The notes under the pieces are model-generated. The model was not told the origin of the DNA, searched no databases, and saw only the letters and a list, made by a program, of their open reading frames with translations. Shown here one piece after another: positions 38,201 through 47,090 of a stretch of DNA of 64,000 bases. This stretch comes from an uncultured Candidatus Saccharibacteria bacterium. GTDB lineage: Bacteria > Patescibacteriota > Doudnabacteria > UBA920. The first letter of the stretch is position 1. Every line of letters begins with the position of its first letter. The stretch lies in NCBI GenBank assembly GCA_964372905.1, contig CAYJQY010000002.1, positions 38,796 through 102,795 on the forward strand, written 5' to 3'. The translations under genes were made by a program, and so were the position numbers.

Positions 38201-38710
38201 GAATCCTTCGATGAAAAAGTCACGGTCGGCGTGGCCTATATGTTAAAGCTGCACCATTTGGTTGATGATAAGATGCACGCGCGCTCCACCGGACCGTACT
38301 CTTTAATTACCCAGCAGCCTTTGGGTGGCAAGGCCCAGTTCGGCGGCCAGCGCTTCGGCGAAATGGAAGTCTGGGCTTTGGAAGGCTACGGCGCGGCGCA
38401 CACTTTGCAGGAAATGCTCACCATAAAATCGGACGACGTGGTCGGCCGCAGCAAAACTTACGAGGCCATTGTTAAAGGTGAGCCGATTAAGAAGCCCAAC
38501 ATTCCGGAAAGTTTCCGCGTGCTGGTGAAAGAATTACAGAGCTTATGTCTGGATGTGGAATTGATCGGCACGCACGGCACAATCAGCGCCTCGCAGGAAA
38601 TCGGCGTGGACCAGTTTTCAGATCGCCCGACCCAGATGGCCGCCGTTCCCGCGGCGCCGTCGCTGTTCGATGAGCCGGCTAAGAAGAAAGAAAAGAAACC
38701 GAAAAAATAA
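35219..38710 (+). CDS. rpoB: DNA-directed RNA polymerase subunit beta
   Basis: Start at MAKPKVASGQ after GGAAAGGAAAC. Conserved RpoB blocks are present throughout, including GDKMAGRHGNKGV and the rifampicin region. Confidence 0.97.
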   Translation: MAKPKVASGQAAMAVREDKFTPRKFFTKLKEIGQLPNLIEVQLNSYRWFFDHGLKELLEEINPIRDFTGKNLELYFGEHFFDKPKYDENTSRERNTTYEAPLYVSAKLVNKVTGKSKTQDVYFGDFPLMTPRGTFVINGVERVVVSQLIKSPGVFFTAENFRGKNLYGAKIVPNRGAWLELDTDSAGVIGVKIDRKRRIPVTALLRVFGLSKNEDIIAAFKDIDTDPEIKHIQATLEKDPSTNADEGFKEVYKRIRPGDLATVDNARSLITAMFFNFERYDLSEVGRYKFNQRLNLPKDNDSRILTLDDVVAAAREIIRLNNTQLPSDDIDHLANRRVRAVGELIQARYRVGLARMARIAKDRMSLADLDTVTPAQLIHVRPIVAAMQEFFSSSQLSQFMDQTNPLAELEHKRRLSAMGPGGLSRERAGFEVRDVHRSHYGRLCPITTPEGPNIGLVAHLATYARINNFGFIETPYRLVKKFAKNDGKDAVDEINFEDIKDGGKLVLPAGEKITSQKAAELKKISGLEKIRVKSRLTNSIHYLDAYEEEKLTIGQANIAVDEQGYFMEARSSVRVHGVPAIADTNELDYIDVSSKQIISVTTSLIPFLEHDDANRALMGSNMQRQAVSCIVPHAPIVGTGMEAKAARDSGQIVVAEEDGTVSSVVGNKIVVTNSSGKKKEYSLLKFLRTNSGTAINQIARVSKGQKVGAGDILADGTSTDHGELALGQNVLVAFMSWEGGNYEDAILLSSRLVQKDSFTSVHIEDFKLDVRDTKLGSEVVTRDIPNVGEEKLKDLDENGVIRIGAQVKAGDILVGKITPKGETDLTAEEKLLRVIFGEKSRDVKDTSLTLPHGEYGKVVNIREFSREAGDKLQSGVIRSIQVSVAVLRKIQVGDKMAGRHGNKGVISKIIPVEDMPYMADGMPVDIILNPLGVVSRMNLGQILETHLGIAASRLGYKVASPVLDGISEQQIKEELKKAGIPQDGKVRLYDGKTGESFDEKVTVGVAYMLKLHHLVDDKMHARSTGPYSLITQQPLGGKAQFGGQRFGEMEVWALEGYGAAHTLQEMLTIKSDDVVGRSKTYEAIVKGEPIKKPNIPESFRVLVKELQSLCLDVELIGTHGTISASQEIGVDQFSDRPTQMAAVPAAPSLFDEPAKKKEKKPKK

Positions 38711-38722
38711 TGTTATTTCGGA

Positions 38723-38812
38723 CGGCTCGGGATACTTTTTCTCCTAGCTGCGGAACTCGCCGCTAACGCGGCTCAAACAGTCCTCGCGTAGTCGAAAAAG
38801 ATCCGCTCGCCG
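38723..38812. repeat. 90-bp intergenic repeat element, copy A (rpoB-rpoC spacer)
   Basis: About 97% identical to 53749..53837. Both copies contain a GCCGC-loop-GCGGC hairpin whose loop differs (TAAC vs TTC). Confidence 0.8.
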
Positions 38813-38856
38813 TCCTCGATAGTTTTCATCTTTCATTAGTATTTTTAGTAAACATA

Positions 38857-41800
38857 ATGTTCACCCAAACCGACGAATTCAAGGGTGTAAAAATCAAACT
38901 GGCCAGCCCCAGCATGATTTTGTCGTGGTCGCACGGCGAAGTCATCAAGCCGGAAACCATCAACTACCGCACCCAGCGCCCGGAAAAGGACGGCCTGTTC
39001 GATGAGAAAATTTTCGGCCCTATTAAGGACTGGGAATGTTATTGCGGCAAGTACAAGCGCATCCGTTACAAGAACATTGTCTGCGACAAATGCGGCGTGG
39101 AAGTCACCAAGAGCAGCGTGCGCCGCGAACGCATGGGTCACATCAAGCTGGCCGTGCCCGTGGCCCACATCTGGTTTTTGCGCGGCGTGCCTTCCCGCCT
39201 TGGCCTCATGCTTGATTTGGGCGTGCAAGAACTGGAAAAGCTGGTCTATTTTGCGGCTTACATTATTACTCATGTGGACGAAGCCGTGCGCGCCGCGACT
39301 TTAGAACAAATTGAGCAGGAATTTAAGGCCAAGAAAAAGGAAATTGAGTCGCGCTACGATATGCTCATCGCCAAGACCCGCACGCAGATGCAGAAAGAAG
39401 GCGGAAAAAAAGACGCTCCTGTTTTGGCCGCGGAAATTGACGCGGAAATTACCCGTCTTAAGGATATTTGGTCCAAGGAGGTAGACAATTTGGAAGACAT
39501 TCGCGATCAGGCCAAAAGCGAACTCAAGGGCATAAAGAGAATGCAGATTATTTCCGAGCTGGAGTACCGGGATTTGTCTTTGAAATACGGTCCGGTTTTC
39601 CGGGCGGGAATCGGCGCGGAGGCCCTGCAGGGTTTGCTGGAAAACATCAATTTGGAAGAATTGGCCGCGGAACTGGAAGGACAGTTGAAAAATTTGGAAG
39701 GCCAGGCCGCCAAAAAGACCCTGCGCCGTCTCAAGCTGATGAAATCTTTGATCAATGCCGGCCTGCGTCCGGAGTGGATGCTGATTACCATGTTGCCGGT
39801 AATTCCGCCGGACCTGCGTCCAATGGTTCAGTTGGACGGCGGCCGGTTTGCCGCCTCGGATTTGAATGATTTGTATCGCCGCGTCATCAACCGCAATAAT
39901 CGTTTAAAAAAATTATTGGAGATAAAATCTCCGGAAGTCATTACCCGCAACGAGAAGCGCATGCTTCAGGAAGCCGTAGACGCGTTAATAGACAACTCGG
40001 TGCGTCATGGCAAGGAAGTTACGGCTTCCACCGGCCAGAAGCGCAAACTGCGAAGCTTGGCCGACATGTTGAAAGGCAAGCAGGGCCGGTTCCGCCAGAA
40101 TTTGCTGGGCAAGCGCGTGGACTATTCCGGCCGCAGCGTTATTGTGGTCGGCCCGCATCTGAAATTGCACCAGTGCGGCCTGCCCAAGCAGATGGCCTTG
40201 GAACTGTTCAAGCCGTTTGTGATTTCCAAGTTGATTGCGCGCGAGTATGCCCACAATGTGCGCAGCGCCAATCGTTTAATTGAGCAGGCCCGTACAGAGG
40301 TTTATGATATTTTGGAGGAAGTTACGAAGGACCACTATGTATTATTGAACCGCGCGCCGACTTTGCACCGCCTCGGCTTCCAGGCCTTCCAACCGGTCTT
40401 AATAGAAGGCAAGGCCATTCAGCTTCATCCCATGGTCTGCGCCGCGTTTAACGCCGATTTTGACGGCGACCAAATGGCCGTACACGTGCCGCTGACTGAC
40501 TTGGCCCAGAAAGAGGCTCGCGAGATCATGGTATCCGCGCACAATTTGCTTAAGCCGGCTTCAGGCGATCCGGTTATGACTCCGGATAAAGACGTTGTTG
40601 TCGGCTGCTACTACATAACTAAATTCCGCGCTGGCGTGAAAGGCGAGGGTAAAATCTTTTCCACTCCGGGAGAGGCCATTTTGGCTTACAATAACAAATT
40701 TGTTCACATTCAAGCCAAAATCAAAGTCAATTTATCTGAATTGGGTTTGACCGAAACCTCTGTCGGACGACTCATCTTCAATAAAATCGTGCCCAAAGAA
40801 TTGGGTTTCCGCAATGAGGTGTTCGACAAGAAAAAACTTCAGGTCCTGGTCAGCGAGGCCTATAAAAATTTGGGCAATGACCGCACGGCCGAACTGATTG
40901 ATGAAATCAAGCGCACCGGATTTTACTATATGAAAAAATCCGGCCTGTCCTGGGGTATGGATGATTTGCGCGTGCCGGAAAGCAAGTATGAAATGCTTAA
41001 GCAGGCTGACGGTGAAGTCCAGCAGACTTATGAGCAATACCGTGAAGGTTTGTTGACTGAAGATGAACGCAAAAACCGCGTAGTGGAAATTTGGGCTGAT
41101 ATTTCGGAAAAAATCGCTAAAAGCGTGACTCAAACCGTGGATGAACACAGCAGCGTGAATTACATGGTGTCGTCCGGCGCCCGCGGTTCTTTTTCCCAAA
41201 TCACCCAGATGTCCGGCATGAAAGGCTTGGTGGTCAATCCGGCCGGCGACGTTATTGAATTGCCGGTGCGCGGGAGCTTTAAGGAAGGCTTGGGTGTTCT
41301 GGAATATTTCATTTCCACTCACGGTTCCCGGAAAGGAATGTCAGATACGGCCTTGCGTACGGCCGATGCCGGTTATTTAACTCGCCGTTTGGTGGACGTC
41401 GCCCAGGATGTTGTTATTAATGCTGAGGACTGCGGCACAGAAGAATATAATATCATCACCCGCGCTGAATCCGAAGCCATGAACAAGTCCTTTGAGCGCC
41501 GCTTGTTCGGCCGCGTGGCCGCGGAAAATATTAAAGGACCCAAGGGAAAAATTTTGGTTAAGCGCAATGAAGGGATTGATTCAGAAGTGGCCAAGGAGAT
41601 TGATAGGTCCGACCTTGCCGAAGTCAAATGCCGCAGCGTTCTGAAATGCAAATTGCCGCGCGGCATCTGCCGTCTGTGCTATGGTTATGATCTTGGCTTT
41701 AATACAATGGTTGAGAGGGGAGCCGCCGTGGGTATTGTGGCCGCGCAAGCCATTGGCGAACCGGGTACCCAGCTGACCATGCGTACGTTCCACACCGGAG

Positions 41801-42816
41801 GTTCGGCTTCAGTCAAAGATATTACCCAAGGCTTGCCGCGGGTGGAAGAATTATTTGAAGTCCGCGAGCCCAAAGGCCAGGCCACAGTGGCGGAAATTGA
41901 CGGCAAGGCCCATATTAGCACTTCCAGCGCCAAAGAGCAGGTAGTAACTATTGAGGGCGCCGGAGTCGAATTAGACGCTTATGAATTGCCGGAAAATACG
42001 CCATCATCAATTAAAGATGCCGCGCACGTTGAAACCGGCGACACTCTGTATATTGACCGTGAAGGCAAACATATTAAGGCCAAGAACGCCGGTATTGCGC
42101 GGGTGGAAAACAACAAGATCAAAGTGGTTCATGAGAACGACGACCTCAAAGAATACATCATCCCTTCGGCCTATTCTTTATTGGTTAAAGAAGGCGAGTT
42201 GGTTATCAAAGGCCAGCCGCTGACTGAAGGCAATTTGAACCCGGTGCAGATTATGGAATTGCGCGGCGTCCAGGAAGCGCAGAAATATATCGTCAAAGAA
42301 GTCCAGGCCATCTACATGTCGCAAGGGCAGAATATTCACGACAAACACGTGGAAGTGATTGTGCGGCAGATGTTTTCCAAGGTACGCATTACCAATCCGG
42401 GCGACAGCGACTTTATTACCGGCGATATGATGGATAAAGCCAAATTAGCCGAGATAAATGAGCGGTTGGCAGCGGAAGGCCGCACCCCGGCGAAGTTTGA
42501 CCAGCTGCTTATGGGCATCACTAAAGTTTCGCTGAATACCGAGTCATTTTTGGCTGCGGCGAGCTTCCAAGAGACCACGCGCGTGTTAATTGAAGCGGCC
42601 GTGACTGGCAAGACTGACTGGCTGCGCGGGCTGAAGGAAAACGTGATTATCGGCAAGCTCATTCCGGCCGGCACGGGGTTTAACGCTGATGTTAATGCCG
42701 ATGTGGTCAAGGAAGGGGAGCAGGAGCAGCAGCTGCCGCTTTCTGTTGATGCTTCTGACGAGGCTCCGGTTGTGGCCGAACCACAGCCGGCGGAAGATTC
42801 TGTAGCTGCTGAATAG
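38857..42816 (+). CDS. rpoC: DNA-directed RNA polymerase subunit beta'
   Basis: Zn finger CYCGKYKRI...CDKCGVEV and the catalytic NADFDGD. 1319 aa. Confidence 0.97.
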   Translation: MFTQTDEFKGVKIKLASPSMILSWSHGEVIKPETINYRTQRPEKDGLFDEKIFGPIKDWECYCGKYKRIRYKNIVCDKCGVEVTKSSVRRERMGHIKLAVPVAHIWFLRGVPSRLGLMLDLGVQELEKLVYFAAYIITHVDEAVRAATLEQIEQEFKAKKKEIESRYDMLIAKTRTQMQKEGGKKDAPVLAAEIDAEITRLKDIWSKEVDNLEDIRDQAKSELKGIKRMQIISELEYRDLSLKYGPVFRAGIGAEALQGLLENINLEELAAELEGQLKNLEGQAAKKTLRRLKLMKSLINAGLRPEWMLITMLPVIPPDLRPMVQLDGGRFAASDLNDLYRRVINRNNRLKKLLEIKSPEVITRNEKRMLQEAVDALIDNSVRHGKEVTASTGQKRKLRSLADMLKGKQGRFRQNLLGKRVDYSGRSVIVVGPHLKLHQCGLPKQMALELFKPFVISKLIAREYAHNVRSANRLIEQARTEVYDILEEVTKDHYVLLNRAPTLHRLGFQAFQPVLIEGKAIQLHPMVCAAFNADFDGDQMAVHVPLTDLAQKEAREIMVSAHNLLKPASGDPVMTPDKDVVVGCYYITKFRAGVKGEGKIFSTPGEAILAYNNKFVHIQAKIKVNLSELGLTETSVGRLIFNKIVPKELGFRNEVFDKKKLQVLVSEAYKNLGNDRTAELIDEIKRTGFYYMKKSGLSWGMDDLRVPESKYEMLKQADGEVQQTYEQYREGLLTEDERKNRVVEIWADISEKIAKSVTQTVDEHSSVNYMVSSGARGSFSQITQMSGMKGLVVNPAGDVIELPVRGSFKEGLGVLEYFISTHGSRKGMSDTALRTADAGYLTRRLVDVAQDVVINAEDCGTEEYNIITRAESEAMNKSFERRLFGRVAAENIKGPKGKILVKRNEGIDSEVAKEIDRSDLAEVKCRSVLKCKLPRGICRLCYGYDLGFNTMVERGAAVGIVAAQAIGEPGTQLTMRTFHTGGSASVKDITQGLPRVEELFEVREPKGQATVAEIDGKAHISTSSAKEQVVTIEGAGVELDAYELPENTPSSIKDAAHVETGDTLYIDREGKHIKAKNAGIARVENNKIKVVHENDDLKEYIIPSAYSLLVKEGELVIKGQPLTEGNLNPVQIMELRGVQEAQKYIVKEVQAIYMSQGQNIHDKHVEVIVRQMFSKVRITNPGDSDFITGDMMDKAKLAEINERLAAEGRTPAKFDQLLMGITKVSLNTESFLAAASFQETTRVLIEAAVTGKTDWLRGLKENVIIGKLIPAGTGFNADVNADVVKEGEQEQQLPLSVDASDEAPVVAEPQPAEDSVAAE

Positions 42817-42835
42817 TTTTAAAAGGCAGCCATTT

Positions 42836-44089
42836 TTATTCTGCTTTTATTATGTCTGACTCCGGCTTTTCCCGTCTGGCCAGGTAAACAAAGGGCAGGG
42901 CAGCCAGTTGAAAACAGGCGGCGAAAAAGTACGATGTAGAATAGTTCCAAACATCCGCGGCTTTGCCCAGGAGCGGCTGGATGACAATTCCGCCGCTGGA
43001 ACCCATGAACGAATCGAACGAAAGTACGGTAGCTCGTTGTTCGGAAGGAATCAGTCCGTTAAGGTAAGCTTGGCGGATGGGCATCAGCGCGGCAAAAGCC
43101 AAGCCCCACAGGAAAATCAATCCAATGACCACAAAAAAGTTATGGGTCAGCGAAACTAAAATTAAAGTTACCCCGGTCAAAAAAATTCCAATGGAAAGCG
43201 CGGTCGTTCGCCGGGTAAAAAATTTATTGAGATAAGACGCGGCAAATCCTCCACAAACTTGGGCCAGAGCGACCAGCGCCGCCACCAGACCCGCGATGCC
43301 GTAAGCAGTTTTATTGCCATAAAGCTGGAGCAAAAAAGGCTGTAAGGCATAAAAAACATAAAAGCTGACTCCCGTGGTAAATGGAGCGGCGAGCATGATC
43401 CATCTTACCGCGGGTTTTTTCAGCCCATGGTCAATGGAGTTGACAAAAATTTTCTTCATTTCTTTTATAGGCTGCTCGTTCTTTTTTGGACTAAAGCCCA
43501 GATCCTTCATCAAAAAAAATGCCACGGCAAAATTTATCAGCAAAACCGCGGCCCGCAAAATATATGGAACTCCGAGGTTGGTAAATTGCGCAATCAGCCC
43601 TCCGGAAAAAGAACCCACGAGCATCGCCGTTCCGCCCACCATTTGCCCTTTGGCAAAAACTTTTTCCAGACTGCCTTGAAAATTTGTCGCGTGCAAGGCG
43701 TCAACCAGCCAAGCTTCCAGGGCCCCGGAAAAGAAAGTAAAGCCCAAGCCAAGCAGCATGGAAGATCCTGCCCAACCCCAGAATGGCCCGTGAATCTTCC
43801 ACATCAAGAGATATAATAGCGTGGATAGAGTAAGAGTGATGGTTCCCAAAAGGTAAGATGCCCTTCGACCCCATGTGTCAGCCACGATTCCAGTGGGCAC
43901 TTCAAAAATCACCTGGCCAGCGGTGAAAAAAGCATTGGCCGCAAAGGCCTGGAAATTTGTCAGGCCGGCATCCAGCAAAAAAATAGTGTTAATGCCCCAA
44001 ATAAAAGACGCGGCTAAAGTATTGCCGAGAATTAAATAAAGATATATTGTCTGAATGCTTTGCGGTTTTCGTATCAGCTTTTGCAGCAT
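42836..44089 (-). CDS. MFS-family transporter
   Basis: 12 predicted TM helices and the MFS motif between TM2 and TM3 (GIVADTWGRR). 417 aa. Confidence 0.8.
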   Translation of the reverse strand: MLQKLIRKPQSIQTIYLYLILGNTLAASFIWGINTIFLLDAGLTNFQAFAANAFFTAGQVIFEVPTGIVADTWGRRASYLLGTITLTLSTLLYLLMWKIHGPFWGWAGSSMLLGLGFTFFSGALEAWLVDALHATNFQGSLEKVFAKGQMVGGTAMLVGSFSGGLIAQFTNLGVPYILRAAVLLINFAVAFFLMKDLGFSPKKNEQPIKEMKKIFVNSIDHGLKKPAVRWIMLAAPFTTGVSFYVFYALQPFLLQLYGNKTAYGIAGLVAALVALAQVCGGFAASYLNKFFTRRTTALSIGIFLTGVTLILVSLTHNFFVVIGLIFLWGLAFAALMPIRQAYLNGLIPSEQRATVLSFDSFMGSSGGIVIQPLLGKAADVWNYSTSYFFAACFQLAALPFVYLARREKPESDIIKAE

Positions 44090-44190
44090 GATTTTACTAT
44101 TATATCACCCCTTGCATAGCCTCCATAGCGCGGCCCGCGAATTAGTGCTATACTAGGGCCGGAAACATTAATGATGGTTTATCCTCATAT

Positions 44191-44397
44191 ATGGATCAAA
44201 CTGTTATGGGGCCAAAGTGCCCTTGCCCCCACCATAAAGTAGTGCCGGGACTCGTGGTGCTCTTTGGTTTGTTGTTCTTACTGCACGCCTATGGCACTTT
44301 CAGCAACCAGTTCGTTATGGTCGCCTGGCCGGTCTTGGTTATCGTGGCCGGTTTGATGAAAATGTCCACCGGCATGTGCAAGTGCTGCAATCGGTAG
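44191..44397 (+). CDS. Small Cys-rich membrane protein (CPCPHH N-terminus, CKCCNR C-terminus)
   Basis: 68 aa with two TM helices flanked by Cys clusters. Followed by a hairpin plus T8 run at about 44416-44449. Confidence 0.4.
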   Translation: MDQTVMGPKCPCPHHKVVPGLVVLFGLLFLLHAYGTFSNQFVMVAWPVLVIVAGLMKMSTGMCKCCNR

Positions 44398-44514
44398 CAA
44401 TTGAAGTTAAAGATAAAACGCCGCTCCTGTCTTGGGGCGGTGTTTTTTTCGGTAAAGCCACTATTTTAACCAATTGATACCTGTAACCTTATTTTATCAA
44501 AAACCAGTATATTG

Positions 44515-47088
44515 TCAAGCTTCCGGCCATGGAGTAATCATCAAAAGCTTTTTTTGATCAAGCATGCCCCAAATTTCTTCAGTCACAAAGGGCATGAAAG
44601 GATGGAGAAGGCGCAGAACACCCTTCAATACGTATTGCAGCCTCTTTTGGGTAAGTTCACTCGTTTCAGGATTTTGCAACAACGCTTTCGACTCTTCTAT
44701 GTGTACATCAGCGAATCTGTGCCAGGTGAATTGGTATATACTTTGGGCTGCTTCATGCAGCCGAAGATTTTCCAAGTGTTCAGTCATATTCTTATTAATC
44801 TGATGTAGTTCAATAATGGCTGTAAAATCAGAATCTGAAAGCAATTGCAGGTCTGTTTCCGGATAAATTTGATCAGAATTGGAGATGATAAAGCGCGCGA
44901 TGTTCCAGAGCTTGTTGGCAAAATGCTTCATGCCGCGGATTTTATCTTCGGACAGGGGAATATCGTTGCCCGCGGCCGTAGAGAAAATTAAGGCGAAGCG
45001 CAGGGCATCGGTGCCGTAGGTATCTATGACGCCGAGCGGATCAACGACATTGCCTTTGGATTTGCTCATTTTTTGGCGATCTTTGTCGCGCACCAGGCCG
45101 TGCAAATACACGGTGCTGAACGGGGCCTTGCCGGTTTTGTAAAAGCCGAACATGATCATGCGCGCCACCCAGAAGAACAAAATGTCCCAGCCGGTTTCCA
45201 TGACCGAAGTAGGGTAGTAGGTGTCCAGGTCTTTTGGCCCGCCGGTCGCCAACAAAGCCGCGTAGGGCCACTGGCCCGAGGAGAACCAGGTGTCAAAGGT
45301 GTCGGGATCTTTTTCTAAATTTTTGCCCCCACATTTGGGGCATTGTTTGGGCGGTTTTTCAGCGATAATAATTTCGCCGCAGCCCGAAGCTGCTTTATTT
45401 ATTTGAGCGAATTCATATTCGTAAACAACAACCGGCGTTGTTTCATCTATAGTTTGTTCGGGATGATGACGCTTGAACGCGGCAATTAGCTGGCCACGCT
45501 TGTCATAGACAGCGCCATGGGCGGGGTCGTTAAGCGGTAACTGTCCCACAGTAGTATGTAATACTTTAGTAATTAAACCATAACCAAAAATTTGTTTGGT
45601 TTGGGTGTTCTCAAACACTATCCTGCTCCCGACTTGAAAATTGTGATCGCGCGTACGATAAGTTTTGGTTTTGCCTGAAAGAACCTGCGGAACGACGCTT
45701 TCATGAAAACCCATTTTCAGGACAGTCCTGTCTGTTGAACTTCCGCAGTACCAGGCCGGAATGGAAATACCCCACCAGATTTGGCGCGAAATGGGCCAGT
45801 CAACAATGTTGTTCATCCAGTTAAAATAAATTTTTTCAAAGTGTCTGGGAATGATTTTTACTGCGCTGTTTTTTACCGCGGCAACGGCCTGGTCGCGCAG
45901 GCTCTGCTGTTTGTTTGTGCCGCCCGGGCCGGCAGATTTTTTAGCCCCGCCATATTCTTTGGTCATGTTCACATACCATTGCGGAATGATTTGCGGTTCA
46001 ATGGGCGTTTTGCATTTGTAGCACACGGACACATTGTGCTTATAATGTGCGTTGGTTTTGTTTTCATCAAGCAAATCCTTGCCGCGCAGCTTCTCCACTA
46101 TTAAAGGCCGCGCCTTTTTGATGTGCTGGCCCGCGAACTCGCCGGCAATGGGCAAGAGTTTCCCGGTTTTATCTATAATTTGTTCCATGTCCAAATTATG
46201 CCGCTGGGCAATTTCAAAGTCAGCCGCGTCGTGCCACGGCGTAATGGTCATCACGCCTGTGCCGAATTCCATATCAATGGAGTCATCTTTGACCACGGTG
46301 GCAGTGATGGGGCCGTTGATCCATTCCAGATCAATTTTTTGCCCGTCTTTGTACTTGGCGTAGCGCTTGTCCTTGGGATGCATGACCACGAATTTGTCGC
46401 CGAACTTGGTTTCCGGCCGGGCCGTGGCAATAGTGAACGGGCCATATTTTAGATAATACAAAATATCCTCGCGCTCCTCGTATTTGGTTTCCAAATCGGA
46501 CAAAGCCGTCTGGTGCTTGGGGCACCAGTTGCAAATTCTATTGCCGCGGTAAATCAAGCCATCATCATACATCTGCTTGAAAGTTTCATAAACAATTTTG
46601 ATGATGCGCCCGTCCAGCGTAAAAATGTTGCGCGACCAGTCGCAGGAAGCGCCCAGGCGCTTGATGCCGTCCTCGGACAGATGCTTATTATCCTGCACAA
46701 AATCCCAGATTTCTTTATAGAAGTCCTCGCGACTCATTGTGAAGCGGCTGCGGCCTTCTTTCTCCAGTTTTTTTTCGAACACGACCTGGGTTTCAAAGCC
46801 CGCGTGGTCCGTGCTGGGCAGCCACAGGGCGCGGCGGCCGCGCATGCGCTGGTAGCGGGTGAGAATATCCTCAATGGTCAAAAACAGCGCGTGGCCGGCG
46901 TGGAGCGGCGCGTTGGCATTGGGCGGCGGCATGATAATAGTGTACGGTTCGCGCTTTTTGCGCTCATCCGCGCCCGGCAGCTTTTTGTAGGCTTTATCGT
47001 CCGGATTAAAATACCCTGAATTCAGCCATTTTTTATAGATGGCTGATTCAACCTTGGAGGCATCGTAGGTTTTTTCGAGTTCGGGCAT
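44515..47088 (-). CDS. valS: Valine--tRNA ligase
   Basis: Class I HIGH region MPPPNANAPLHAGHAL (ValRS-type PPPN), KMSKS, and a Zn-ribbon insertion CPKCGGK. 857 aa. Confidence 0.85.
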   Translation of the reverse strand: MPELEKTYDASKVESAIYKKWLNSGYFNPDDKAYKKLPGADERKKREPYTIIMPPPNANAPLHAGHALFLTIEDILTRYQRMRGRRALWLPSTDHAGFETQVVFEKKLEKEGRSRFTMSREDFYKEIWDFVQDNKHLSEDGIKRLGASCDWSRNIFTLDGRIIKIVYETFKQMYDDGLIYRGNRICNWCPKHQTALSDLETKYEEREDILYYLKYGPFTIATARPETKFGDKFVVMHPKDKRYAKYKDGQKIDLEWINGPITATVVKDDSIDMEFGTGVMTITPWHDAADFEIAQRHNLDMEQIIDKTGKLLPIAGEFAGQHIKKARPLIVEKLRGKDLLDENKTNAHYKHNVSVCYKCKTPIEPQIIPQWYVNMTKEYGGAKKSAGPGGTNKQQSLRDQAVAAVKNSAVKIIPRHFEKIYFNWMNNIVDWPISRQIWWGISIPAWYCGSSTDRTVLKMGFHESVVPQVLSGKTKTYRTRDHNFQVGSRIVFENTQTKQIFGYGLITKVLHTTVGQLPLNDPAHGAVYDKRGQLIAAFKRHHPEQTIDETTPVVVYEYEFAQINKAASGCGEIIIAEKPPKQCPKCGGKNLEKDPDTFDTWFSSGQWPYAALLATGGPKDLDTYYPTSVMETGWDILFFWVARMIMFGFYKTGKAPFSTVYLHGLVRDKDRQKMSKSKGNVVDPLGVIDTYGTDALRFALIFSTAAGNDIPLSEDKIRGMKHFANKLWNIARFIISNSDQIYPETDLQLLSDSDFTAIIELHQINKNMTEHLENLRLHEAAQSIYQFTWHRFADVHIEESKALLQNPETSELTQKRLQYVLKGVLRLLHPFMPFVTEEIWGMLDQKKLLMITPWPEA

Positions 47089-47090
47089 AC

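Noticed and set aside
39002-41322. Antisense and alternate-frame ORFs inside rpoC (39468..39869 +, 40732..41322 -, 39985..40254 - and others).
   Set aside because: Same reasoning as for rpoB: they are embedded in the rpoC coding sequence and have no independent signals.
42817-42836. Weak hairpin GCAGCC...CTGC with T-runs between rpoC and the convergent MFS gene.
   Set aside because: The stem is only 4 bp and the spacer between the two stop codons is only about 20 bp. Too weak to call a terminator.
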